IMG/VR virus record: IMGVR_UViG_3300030060_003029
DNA: 20,000 bases
Source: an uncultured virus (IMG/VR IMGVR_UViG_3300030060_003029)
Taxonomy: Duplodnaviria > Heunggongvirae > Uroviricota > Caudoviricetes > Crassvirales
Strand: one strand, 5' to 3'
In this document: piece after piece, positions 1-8,006 of the stretch
Layout: each line of letters begins with the position of its first letter
Position numbering within the stretch: position 1 is the stretch's first letter
The notes under the pieces: model-generated
Databases searched by the model: none
Seen by the model: only the letters and a program-made list of their open reading frames with translations
Told to the model about the DNA's origin: nothing
Position numbers and translations under genes: made by a program

Positions 1-2
1 CA

Positions 3-3000
3 GATGTAGATAATAATGGATATGTATCTATTGATATAACAAACTCTATAACAAGTCTTTCTGAAGACATGAGTAACCCATCTTCCAAGGCTCAGGTTTT
101 TGACAATAAGGATAAATTATTCTACACAACAAACCCTAAGTTTCAAAAATCTAATAGATTCAATTCCTTTAAAGAGTTTTTAAACAGGGAAGTTTTACCA
201 AAAGGTAATATACCTGAGTCTGTATTTGAAATGGGTGTTCAAGCTAAAAGCAATATTGATGCAGAAAAATTTGAACTAAAAAAATTAATTGACAGGTTCA
301 GAAATATAGTAGAGAGAAATCAAAAAGGAGAAAACCCAATATCATTAAAAGAAATAAATGATGCGTTGACAGATCCAACTGCTAAAATAAAATCACTAAA
401 CTCAGAACTTTCTATGTACGAAAGTGATTTAGAAACATTAGATAGGGGTGGTAAAAGTTATGCTGCTGGTATTGTTTTAGAAAAAATAAGAAATGTTGAG
501 AAAACAATAAAGCAACTTAAAGATGGTCACGCAGGTAGGGCGACTATAAAAGATTTAGACTCTGACCCTGAGCTTCAAGATCTAGTAAAAAAGGTTAGAA
601 GAAAAATAGATTCTTTAAGTAACAAATTGAAAAGCGTTGTTACAGATGGTCTTGGAGTTGTTATAGATGATAATTTAGGTATATATATTAATAGACAATA
701 TAGAATATTTAACGACACAGAGTATAGAGACAAGATGAGAAACCTAATTGAATCTATGATTAACGAAAAGGTTAGTACAGGAAAAATAAAAGAATCTATA
801 GAGGGTTTTGAAAAAGAATATAATATCATACAAAGTGCTATGAATCTTTTTTCAGAAAAATACAAACAATACCTTCAAAATCAAGGCCTTCCATCTGATG
901 AAATAACTGAAGAAAAAGTGTTAAGATTTGTTTCTCAATTATTCCTTAATAACGATAGTAGAGATGATTTTGTTAAGTCTGTTTTAAAAACAAGAAATAT
1001 TAATACTAATATTTTTACTACAAGAAAAGAAATACCTGATGCTATAAAAGATTTATATAGTCCAATAGAAAACCCTGTATACAACATAACCAACTCTATA
1101 ACTAAAATGGTTGATGAGTATGAAAACCTAAACTTTAAAGCAAAAACAGTTGAAGCTTTAAATGGTATTTTAATTTTTGATGACTCAAACATTCCTGTTG
1201 GAAGCGATGGAGATAGATATAGAAACAATAAATTTACTTTAAAATTTAATAACAAGACTTATTATACAACCAAAGAAATTAAAGAATTTATTGAGGGAGA
1301 AGAACTTAATTATGGTAAAATAATGACACTTGCTCAAGGTTTAAATGGTCTTTTAAAACTTGGGAAAACTGTATGGTCTCCAAAGACTCACGTTAGGAAC
1401 TTCTTTGGTAATATGTATTTTGCATCTATTAATGGACATGTTCCTGGTTCAAACTTTTTTGAAAGTTGGAAAGTTATGCAGAATTTATTTGACAGTAGCA
1501 CAACTCAGGAGAGAGAGGATATGTTTGCCACAATGATTAGAGCTGGAATAATAGATTCTGTTTATGCAGATGAACTAAAAGCTATATTGAAAGAAAGTAA
1601 TTTAGGAAAACTTGGTTCTGAACTCTTTGAAAACAATGTGGATGTAGATGCTATAAAAAAGAAAAAACCAGGTCTTCGTAGGATTCTAAATGATTTTGTT
1701 AATAAGGCTTACCTTTTTGAAGATGTTGTTTGGAAGGGTGCAGGGTTCTTGAATGAAGTTCAAGTATATTTGGATGCAGGATATACTAGGGAGCAAGCTT
1801 TGAAAGAGGCTTCTGAAAATATAAGGGGAGGTTATACTACCTACTCTATGGTTCCTAAAGTTGGTAAAAGACTTAGAAGATCTTTATTTGTTAGTGACTT
1901 CGTTTCTTTCCCTGCTGAAGTAGTTAGAACCAGTGTAAATGCAATTTTAATAGCAAAAAAACAATTAATGTCTGGTAACCCAGTGTTAATGACTCAGGGT
2001 GCTAAAAGGTTATTTGGAATAGGATTTGCAGGATATGCTATGCCTCATGCTTTCACTTTACTTGCTGGGGCATGGGCTACTACCCTTGAGTTTATAAAAA
2101 ATCTATTTGATGATGAACCAGAAAAGGGAGAAAATGAATTAATGAATTGGAAACTCATGAATGGAAAACAAGATAAAGTTGGAGGATGGGAGTTTTTTGA
2201 AAGTTTATCTGATTATTACGAAGTTAAAAAGTTTGATGATTGGGAGAAAACAGGATTAGATGATATGGATAGAGATAAAATGATTCAGTTATTTTTACCA
2301 CCTTGGATGAAGTATGGAGATGTAAAACTTGTTTCTGCTCAATCAAATGAAAATGGAGACTTTGATGGCACAATGTATGTTTGGAACTCAACTGATAATA
2401 TGTCTGATGGTATATTTAGAGAATTTGTTAACTCAATTTTTAACCCACCTGAAGACGATCCATCTTTTGACACAAAGATATTTAATGATGTTTTACACAC
2501 TACATTAGATCCATTTATTAGTCCAAGTATGATGACTCAACTAATTATTGAAACTGGCAGAAACAAAAAAAAATCTGGAGCTAATATATGGAATGAGGAT
2601 GACATTGGTCGTGATAAACTTACAAAATTGTTTTCTTATATTGTAAAAGCTGGGGCACCTGGCTTTGCGACACAGGTATATGATTTGTTAGAAAGTTGGC
2701 AGCCTGACACATTTTTAAGTGAAGATGAGTTGAAGTATATGAAAAAAAGTTTTTTACACGAAGCAATGTCTTTTACTGGTAATAGGTTCTCTAGATTTAA
2801 TATACAAGAAAATTTTAAATATGGAGTGAAAGAAGTAATTACTAACTTAAACAACACAAAGCCAAGAGAAAAAGAAGAAGTCAATGTTTTTAATAGGGTT
2901 AAAAGACAAATGGAATATTTAGATAAATTATATTTGTATTCTGAATTTTTTGGAATAGAAACAGAAGGTGTAAAAAAGTCTTTAATTAAATCTATGGAAG

Positions 3001-3218
3001 ATAAATTTAACAGGAGTGAAACTAATAGAGATAATATAATTCTACAGTATTATCCTGGATATAATTCTAAAGATGAACTTTACATGTTCTTAAATAGAGA
3101 TAGGGTTTCTCAACCTGATTTTGAAACATGGTCAAAGTCCAATGACTGGGCAGAGATTTTAAAACCTTGGCAAACAGAACAAGTACAAGATATAAGAGAA
3201 AAAGAATTAAGTAATTAA
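3..3218 (+). CDS. Very large phage protein, 5'-truncated by the window; probable internal virion/DNA-ejection or large polyvalent protein
   Basis: The frame is open from position 3 (DVDNNGYVSIDITNSITSLSED) into the 1049-aa ORF, so the gene starts upstream of the window. Mostly helical sequence with a KTVWSPKTHVRNFFGN segment resembling large phage virion proteins; lies just before a lysis-type gene. Confidence 0.6.
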   Translation, partial: DVDNNGYVSIDITNSITSLSEDMSNPSSKAQVFDNKDKLFYTTNPKFQKSNRFNSFKEFLNREVLPKGNIPESVFEMGVQAKSNIDAEKFELKKLIDRFRNIVERNQKGENPISLKEINDALTDPTAKIKSLNSELSMYESDLETLDRGGKSYAAGIVLEKIRNVEKTIKQLKDGHAGRATIKDLDSDPELQDLVKKVRRKIDSLSNKLKSVVTDGLGVVIDDNLGIYINRQYRIFNDTEYRDKMRNLIESMINEKVSTGKIKESIEGFEKEYNIIQSAMNLFSEKYKQYLQNQGLPSDEITEEKVLRFVSQLFLNNDSRDDFVKSVLKTRNINTNIFTTRKEIPDAIKDLYSPIENPVYNITNSITKMVDEYENLNFKAKTVEALNGILIFDDSNIPVGSDGDRYRNNKFTLKFNNKTYYTTKEIKEFIEGEELNYGKIMTLAQGLNGLLKLGKTVWSPKTHVRNFFGNMYFASINGHVPGSNFFESWKVMQNLFDSSTTQEREDMFATMIRAGIIDSVYADELKAILKESNLGKLGSELFENNVDVDAIKKKKPGLRRILNDFVNKAYLFEDVVWKGAGFLNEVQVYLDAGYTREQALKEASENIRGGYTTYSMVPKVGKRLRRSLFVSDFVSFPAEVVRTSVNAILIAKKQLMSGNPVLMTQGAKRLFGIGFAGYAMPHAFTLLAGAWATTLEFIKNLFDDEPEKGENELMNWKLMNGKQDKVGGWEFFESLSDYYEVKKFDDWEKTGLDDMDRDKMIQLFLPPWMKYGDVKLVSAQSNENGDFDGTMYVWNSTDNMSDGIFREFVNSIFNPPEDDPSFDTKIFNDVLHTTLDPFISPSMMTQLIIETGRNKKKSGANIWNEDDIGRDKLTKLFSYIVKAGAPGFATQVYDLLESWQPDTFLSEDELKYMKKSFLHEAMSFTGNRFSRFNIQENFKYGVKEVITNLNNTKPREKEEVNVFNRVKRQMEYLDKLYLYSEFFGIETEGVKKSLIKSMEDKFNRSETNRDNIILQYYPGYNSKDELYMFLNRDRVSQPDFETWSKSNDWAEILKPWQTEQVQDIREKELSN

Positions 3219-3220
3219 AT

Positions 3221-3721
3221 ATGAAATTAGAAGTATTAAGAATATCAAGTGGCCCAGAATCAACCTCTGGAATATTATTTATAGTAGATGATTCTGCAGA
3301 AAACCCACATGGAGAAGGTTTTAGATGTAAAAGAAGTTTTGTGTGTTATACATTAGAAGATGAACATAGAGATGAAAAAAAATATGGAGAAACAAGGATC
3401 CCTGCTGGGACATATAAAATTAAACTTAGAAAAGAAGGTGGATACCATCAAAAATATTCTAAAAGATTTCCTAAAATTCATCGTGGTATGCTTCATATTA
3501 CTGACGTACCTAACTTTGAGTACATCCTTATTCATTGTGGTAATACTGATGAGCATACTGCAGGATGCTTACTCGTGGGGGACTCGCAAGAAAATAATCA
3601 AATAAATGAGAATGGTTTTATAGGTAAGTCAACACAGGCTTATAAAAGAATATATCCTAGGATAGCAGAAGCCCTAGTTAATAACAAAGAGGTGTTAATA
3701 ACTTACAAAGATATTGCCTAA
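3221..3721 (+). CDS. DUF5675 family protein (L,D-transpeptidase-like fold; candidate cell-wall enzyme/endolysin)
   Basis: Motifs MKLEVLR..STSGILF, CYTLED, TRIPAGTY and ILIHCGNT..HTAGCLLVG (His/Cys pair) are typical of this family in Bacteroidota phages. Confidence 0.8.
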   Translation: MKLEVLRISSGPESTSGILFIVDDSAENPHGEGFRCKRSFVCYTLEDEHRDEKKYGETRIPAGTYKIKLRKEGGYHQKYSKRFPKIHRGMLHITDVPNFEYILIHCGNTDEHTAGCLLVGDSQENNQINENGFIGKSTQAYKRIYPRIAEALVNNKEVLITYKDIA

Positions 3722-3746
3722 CTAACAAATAAATTCACTATATTTG
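3714..3746 (+). promoter_or_regulatory. Bacteroidota-type sigma70 promoter
   Basis: TTG (3714-3716), 22 nt spacer, TATATTTG (3739-3746); two GTTAATAAC motifs lie upstream (3677-3685, 3694-3702). Confidence 0.6.
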
Positions 3747-3772
3747 ACAGTAAGTTTCATAATGTTTAGTTT

Positions 3773-3818
3773 TGGGGGGTTTTGTTTGATTCTGTATTAA
3801 ACTGCCCCCCATCCTTTT
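3773..3818 (+). terminator. GC-rich extended hairpin, terminator-like
   Basis: TGGGGGG/CCCCCCA outer stem with GTTTGAT/ATTAAAC inner stem, followed by TCCTTTT. Confidence 0.5.
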
Positions 3819-3828
3819 AATTAGTAAT

Positions 3829-4110
3829 ATGAGAGATTATAAAGACGAATATAAGAAGTTTCAATCTAGCCCTAAGCAAAGAGCTAATAATAGAAAAAGA
3901 AAGAGAGATAGGTATAAACTAGAAAAGGGTGGAAAAGTTTCTAAGTTTGATGGAAAAGAAGTTCATCATACTGAGGGCATAAACTCAGATAAACTAAGCG
4001 TTGTGTCTGCTAAAAAAAATAGAGGTAAAAAAGGAGAAGGAGGGAGAAAGAAAGGTGTTGGACATAATTACCCTAAAAAAAGAAAGTACGTAAAACGTAA
4101 TGTCAATTAA
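3829..4110 (+). CDS. Small basic HNH-like phage protein (possibly degenerate)
   Basis: RDYKDEY N-terminus and DGKEVHH...LSVVS..KNR pattern resemble a widespread small phage HNH family. Confidence 0.55.
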   Translation: MRDYKDEYKKFQSSPKQRANNRKRKRDRYKLEKGGKVSKFDGKEVHHTEGINSDKLSVVSAKKNRGKKGEGGRKKGVGHNYPKKRKYVKRNVN

Positions 4111-4495
4111 AGAAAAAAAAACAAAGCAGTTAGGGATGAATCCTGGAACTGCTGCCCATAGACTTAGAAAATCTATTTTATTTAGCTTTGCTAAGAAGTT
4201 GGGCTTTAATTGGTGTTACCAATGTGCAACAGAAATAGTAGATATAGATAATTTTACAATAGAACATAAAAAACCTTGGCTAGATTCTGATAATCCACCT
4301 GAGGTTTTTTTTGATCTAGACAATATAGCCTTTTCACATGCTGGTTGTAATTATCGTGCAGCTAGAGTTAAACATGGTATGCCATGTCCATCAGTTACAG
4401 CCTACAGAAAAGGGTGTAGATGTGATGGGTGTAAAAAAGCTAGAGCTGAATATAGAAAGAAAAGAAAAGAATTAAAAGGAAGAAAAAATGAGTAA
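4100..4495 (+). CDS. HNH endonuclease with extra C-terminal Cys/His motif
   Basis: CxxC (CYQC), TIEHKKPW and NIAFSHAGCN form an HNH core; C-terminal HG....TAY..GCRCDGC motif. Confidence 0.8.
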   Translation: MSIKEKKTKQLGMNPGTAAHRLRKSILFSFAKKLGFNWCYQCATEIVDIDNFTIEHKKPWLDSDNPPEVFFDLDNIAFSHAGCNYRAARVKHGMPCPSVTAYRKGCRCDGCKKARAEYRKKRKELKGRKNE

Positions 4496-4718
4496 ACCAA
4501 GTTTTATAGATAAAGCAAAAAGTTTAATAAGAGACACAACAAACCACGTTCTAAATCGTGCACAAAACGTATCTAAAGAAGAGTATTTGAGGAGAGCTAT
4601 GGTATGTGATACTTGTGTTCACTTTGTGAAAAAAGATAATATATGTGGTGTTTGTGGTTGCTACATGGATGTAAAAGCTAAATGGCAAACCTCAACTTGC
4701 CCTAAAGACAAATGGTAA
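4488..4718 (+). CDS. Small Cys-rich metal-binding protein (DUF6171-like)
   Basis: R...CDTC..F.....CGVCGC....K......CP..KW pattern. Confidence 0.65.
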   Translation: MSKPSFIDKAKSLIRDTTNHVLNRAQNVSKEEYLRRAMVCDTCVHFVKKDNICGVCGCYMDVKAKWQTSTCPKDKW

Positions 4719-4719
4719 T

Positions 4720-4863
4720 ATGAAAAGAATTGGTTTTGGTTTTCAGTTTTCTAATGGCATAGTATTTGGCATAAGACATTACGAGCCAGACAACGTATGT
4801 AACTATTATGAAGTTCAGGTATTTTTAGGCTTGATGGTTGTATTTGTAACTATAGAATATTAG
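4720..4863 (+). CDS. Hypothetical 47-aa protein (not in ORF track)
   Basis: ATG 1 nt after the previous stop; MKRIGFGFQFSNGIVFGIRHYEPDNVCNYYEVQVFLGLMVVFVTIEY. Confidence 0.6.
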   Translation: MKRIGFGFQFSNGIVFGIRHYEPDNVCNYYEVQVFLGLMVVFVTIEY

Positions 4864-5006
4864 AGCTTAGATTTAATAGAATTTATTCTACCCTGTATTT
4901 CGTCAACCTTAGATTTAAACTTAGATCTCTTCATTCTCTTTCTAAGAATGTTTAACATTGTAAGCTTCTCTCTCTTAGCTTTATTTCTTGCATTAGCTTT
5001 TCCCAT
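4860..5006 (-). CDS. Hypothetical 48-aa highly basic protein (not in ORF track)
   Basis: MGKANARNKAKREKLTMLNILRKRMKRSKFKSKVDEIQGRINSIKSKL; overlaps the upstream ORF end, and its stop overlaps the convergent + strand stop. Confidence 0.6.
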   Translation of the reverse strand: MGKANARNKAKREKLTMLNILRKRMKRSKFKSKVDEIQGRINSIKSKL

Positions 5007-5340
5007 CTTCTTCTTTTACAGGCTCTAGTGTTACCTCTATATCTGTTTCCCCTTCTGTAATGATACCTCCCTGTCTTGTAAATGTTCCTTTCTCTATGTT
5101 TACACTACCAACTCCATACTTCTTATTTAATTTTTCAGAAATCTTTTGTTCTTTGTTTCTATTTCCCTTAAGTCTAGCTGCCATATCTGACTCCATCTTC
5201 TCTAATTCTGATAATCTAGAATTAAGCAATATGCAATCCATTTTTATTTTTCCAAAGTCAACCATCATTCTACTGTTTTCTGATCTTATTGCTCTGATTT
5301 CTTTTATTTCTTTTTCTTCTAATTTAATTTCTTTTTCCAT
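4993..5340 (-). CDS. Hypothetical coiled-coil phage protein
   Basis: Heptad-rich, with L..KYG.GSVN.E.GTF motif; coupled to neighbours. Confidence 0.7.
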   Translation of the reverse strand: MEKEIKLEEKEIKEIRAIRSENSRMMVDFGKIKMDCILLNSRLSELEKMESDMAARLKGNRNKEQKISEKLNKKYGVGSVNIEKGTFTRQGGIITEGETDIEVTLEPVKEEDGKS

Positions 5341-5728
5341 TGTCTTTAATTTTATTATTACTTTTTATTTTTTCAATCGAACGACCTGCGAAATAGGCTG
5401 AGTAAACAACCATGAGCAAGTTTGTATAAATTGGACCATATATTGGGTTCATTTTAAACTCTCCTACATTACCATCAAAAAATGATAGAACGACAAGCAT
5501 GAATGTTAAAAACGCCATCGTAATAGGTCTTATGTTTGCTGGTAACCATCCAGCTTTAGCGTCAGCTTCCCACCTTCTAGTCACCTGCTCTTGTGCGTTA
5601 GATTCTGCATTAACCAAGATCTCTTTCATCTTGTTTTTTAAAGCTAACTTCTCTTCCTTAGTTGTTACACATTCATCAATAATGTTTGATGCATTACCAA
5701 TAAGTGATTTAAAAATTCCTTGCAACAT
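5324..5728 (-). CDS. Holin (3TM/GTA-type family)
   Basis: IIDE..TT.EEK, QVT.RW.AD, WL..NIRP, two hydrophobic helices and AYFAGRS.EK. The likely start is MLQGIFKSLIG at 5728 rather than 5809. Confidence 0.8.
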   Translation of the reverse strand: MLQGIFKSLIGNASNIIDECVTTKEEKLALKNKMKEILVNAESNAQEQVTRRWEADAKAGWLPANIRPITMAFLTFMLVVLSFFDGNVGEFKMNPIYGPIYTNLLMVVYSAYFAGRSIEKIKSNNKIKDNGKRN

Positions 5729-6308
5729 TGTGTTTTGATTTACGTGTATATTTTTTCTTATTCTTATATGGCTTAGACCTAAGATCCATTCCATTGTTCT
5801 TAGCTTCAATATCAGAATCTCTTCTAATCATTTTAGCTATTCTTTTTTTATCTGCCTCTGATATTTTTATTTTCTCCTTAATCATATCAATACATTGAAG
5901 TATTTGTTTTTTACTTCCAGGCATGTAAAGTTCGTAATTTAAATTGTTTTTTACAAGGTAATGTTTAAATAGTTTCCATTTAAGGTTAAAAACATCAGAT
6001 TTCAATCCTTTTACTTCTATTATCCATCCATCTTTCAAGTTAGTAAAGTCAGGCAAGTAGGTAGTGGATCTAATACTACTCAAAGCTTGATCGAAAACCA
6101 ACTTGCCCTTCTTTTTTCTTTTCTCTATGCTTACTCCTTCGTATTTAAGCTTATCCAAAAGTACAAATTTTTCTTTTTCATAATCAAATTTTATACCTTC
6201 TTTTTTTAATTCAGCATAGGTAAAAGCTTCCAGTCTTGACCTAAATTCTATTCCATCAATTTTGGTAGACTGAACATTTTTTATTCTACCTTTTTTATTC
6301 TTTTTCAT
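5709..6308 (-). CDS. PD-(D/E)XK endonuclease (DUF1064/T7 endonuclease I-like, candidate resolvase) with basic C-terminal extension
   Basis: IDGIEFRSRLE, FDYE, YLPDF and IIEVKG motifs. Confidence 0.8.
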   Translation of the reverse strand: MKKNKKGRIKNVQSTKIDGIEFRSRLEAFTYAELKKEGIKFDYEKEKFVLLDKLKYEGVSIEKRKKKGKLVFDQALSSIRSTTYLPDFTNLKDGWIIEVKGLKSDVFNLKWKLFKHYLVKNNLNYELYMPGSKKQILQCIDMIKEKIKISEADKKRIAKMIRRDSDIEAKNNGMDLRSKPYKNKKKYTRKSKHNVARNF

Positions 6309-6714
6309 AATCTAATATAGGAGTATTTGAAATATATTCCAAGCCCCTCCATTCTCTAGAGCTATCGTACCACCCTGTAGTATTATTAAAATTATAAAAC
6401 AAAACAGCAACGTCTTCATTTATTTCAAGTTTATCTCCAAATGGAACTGCATAGACATGGTAGCCATCAGATCCTTTACCCATATATATAAATGGGTAGC
6501 TCATACCTGTTTCCCATTGATTCATGTAAACCCTGAATCCTGTTTCTGATATATGTATAAACATTGGTTCAGAATAAATATATACATCTCCAGTTTGCTC
6601 TCCATTTGACCACTCGTAATCTATGGACTCACTTGATTGATAAACTCCTGTCCTTATTTGCGAAATACCCTGTAACGACAGGAATAAGATCGCTAAAAAA
6701 ATCATCTTCTTCAT
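6295..6714 (-). CDS. Hypothetical exported protein with signal peptide
   Basis: MKKMIFLAILFLSLQGISQ is a Bacteroidota-style signal peptide; beta-rich mature part. Confidence 0.7.
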   Translation of the reverse strand: MKKMIFLAILFLSLQGISQIRTGVYQSSESIDYEWSNGEQTGDVYIYSEPMFIHISETGFRVYMNQWETGMSYPFIYMGKGSDGYHVYAVPFGDKLEINEDVAVLFYNFNNTTGWYDSSREWRGLEYISNTPILDYEKE

Positions 6715-6745
6715 AATAAATTAAATTAAATTAATACTAAATTAA

Positions 6746-6994
6746 CTACTCAGCTAAAGGCTTCTCCTCTAGTTTCTTTTCTGTAAGCTTTTTGCTCAAT
6801 ATTATTTCCATAAAATAATCGTAGTGCTTTTTATAATCTTTTTCTGCGTTTTCTGTGTACCTAGCACCAACATACTCATGTATGTTTTCTACATATGGAG
6901 ACCATCCTAAAGCTTCCCATTTTTTTTCAACTTTTCTTTGAGCAAGTTTCGCTGCTAATTGCTCTGCGTGAATTTTAATTGTTGTATAACACAT
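6746..6994 (-). CDS. Hypothetical protein
   Basis: 82-aa ORF co-oriented in a tightly packed operon. Confidence 0.6.
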   Translation of the reverse strand: MCYTTIKIHAEQLAAKLAQRKVEKKWEALGWSPYVENIHEYVGARYTENAEKDYKKHYDYFMEIILSKKLTEKKLEEKPLAE

Positions 6995-7015
6995 AATATA
7001 TATATTAATTAATAC

Positions 7016-7279
7016 TTAGTGAACGTCATTACTCATTCCCATTTTTTCTCTCCATTTCCACCCAGTTATTTTTACATCAATACCTTGAGTAGACTTTATT
7101 TGTTTTTTTATACACGAAATTAAATAACTTCTTTTATTAAGTTCTTCAACAGTGTTTCCAACAGAACATGTTACAAATGTTCCATTGTTTTTTTTTTGAG
7201 TACTTTTCTTAACACCCTTAACCACTCTCCAAGTGTTCCATTCATACTCAACTTCTATATGCCATATTTGTTTTTTCAT
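7016..7279 (-). CDS. Hypothetical protein
   Basis: 87-aa ORF with ATGA overlap to the upstream gene. Confidence 0.65.
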   Translation of the reverse strand: MKKQIWHIEVEYEWNTWRVVKGVKKSTQKKNNGTFVTCSVGNTVEELNKRSYLISCIKKQIKSTQGIDVKITGWKWREKMGMSNDVH

Positions 7280-7554
7280 TTTAATAATGTTGCAAAAGCT
7301 GGTGTTCCCTCTCCCATGTGTGATCCAAGTATATTGTATTGAAAATACTCTGTAGCCTCTTCATTACTCATCCCATCAGCCTCTAACAACTCTATTATTT
7401 TATTTGTATCATATAGTATAATCGTTTCATTAAAACCAGACCTTTCAACCACCCCTATTATAGCGTCATCAAGTCCATCTGCAAACAAGGTGTTTTCTGA
7501 TGATAATTCTTCTACTAATTGCCTTATTGGGAATGGTTCTTTATTTTTATTCAT
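7276..7554 (-). CDS. Conserved phage hypothetical protein
   Basis: ADGLDDAIIG...YD..KII..L...GMS.EEA.EYF.YNI.G...GEGTP pattern seen widely in aquatic phages. Confidence 0.75.
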   Translation of the reverse strand: MNKNKEPFPIRQLVEELSSENTLFADGLDDAIIGVVERSGFNETIILYDTNKIIELLEADGMSNEEATEYFQYNILGSHMGEGTPAFATLLK

Positions 7555-8006
7555 AGTTTTTTAACTTTTATTTTCCCTATATAACATAGGTCTATTGTCT
7601 TTACTTTTGTAAACAAATCTTTTGCTCCTGGCCTAGTTGCTAACTCGTAAAAATCCCAACCCTTTACTTTATCTATACACTTGTCGTGAACCATCTCTTG
7701 CAAATCTTCTTTTTTTACCTCGATCCAGTAATCCTCAGTTTCAAAAGCAAATCCATCTGCGTCACCATACAACCAACCCTTCTTCCCTAATACATTTTTA
7801 AATTCTACAAAATGTATATTCTCATCATTTTTTTTAATAGCTTTTACATCTATCTTTATGTTATTTATTTTTAAATCCCAATGTTCATTGCAATCCTCTT
7901 CTTCTGTGGATAGAGATACATTTTTATATAGTTTAGCGTATTCCTTTTCAGCACGTTTACCTCTAGCCATATCCTTTGCTTTCTTATGCGAACTCTTGTA
8001 TCTCAT
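7551..8006 (-). CDS. PD-(D/E)XK restriction-endonuclease-fold protein
   Basis: G..AE...HWD...KIDVK catalytic-type motif, plus VEFKNV.G..GWLYG.AD. Confidence 0.7.
   Translation of the reverse strand: MRYKSSHKKAKDMARGKRAEKEYAKLYKNVSLSTEEEDCNEHWDLKINNIKIDVKAIKKNDENIHFVEFKNVLGKKGWLYGDADGFAFETEDYWIEVKKEDLQEMVHDKCIDKVKGWDFYELATRPGAKDLFTKVKTIDLCYIGKIKVKKL

Noticed and set aside
575..2884. Minus-strand ORFs 575-865, 935-1255 and 2636-2884
   Set aside because: Antisense shadows of the long + strand gene, with F/L/S-rich composition typical of non-coding frames.
3547..3553. Other CTGATGA cores (here, near 896, and minus-strand copies near 10521, 13236 and 16691) as further hammerheads
   Set aside because: All lie inside coding sequence, and I found no matching GAAA plus three-stem arrangement.
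3353..3605. ORFs 3353-3556 (-) and 3360-3605 (+)
   Set aside because: Fully nested in the DUF5675 gene in alternative frames.
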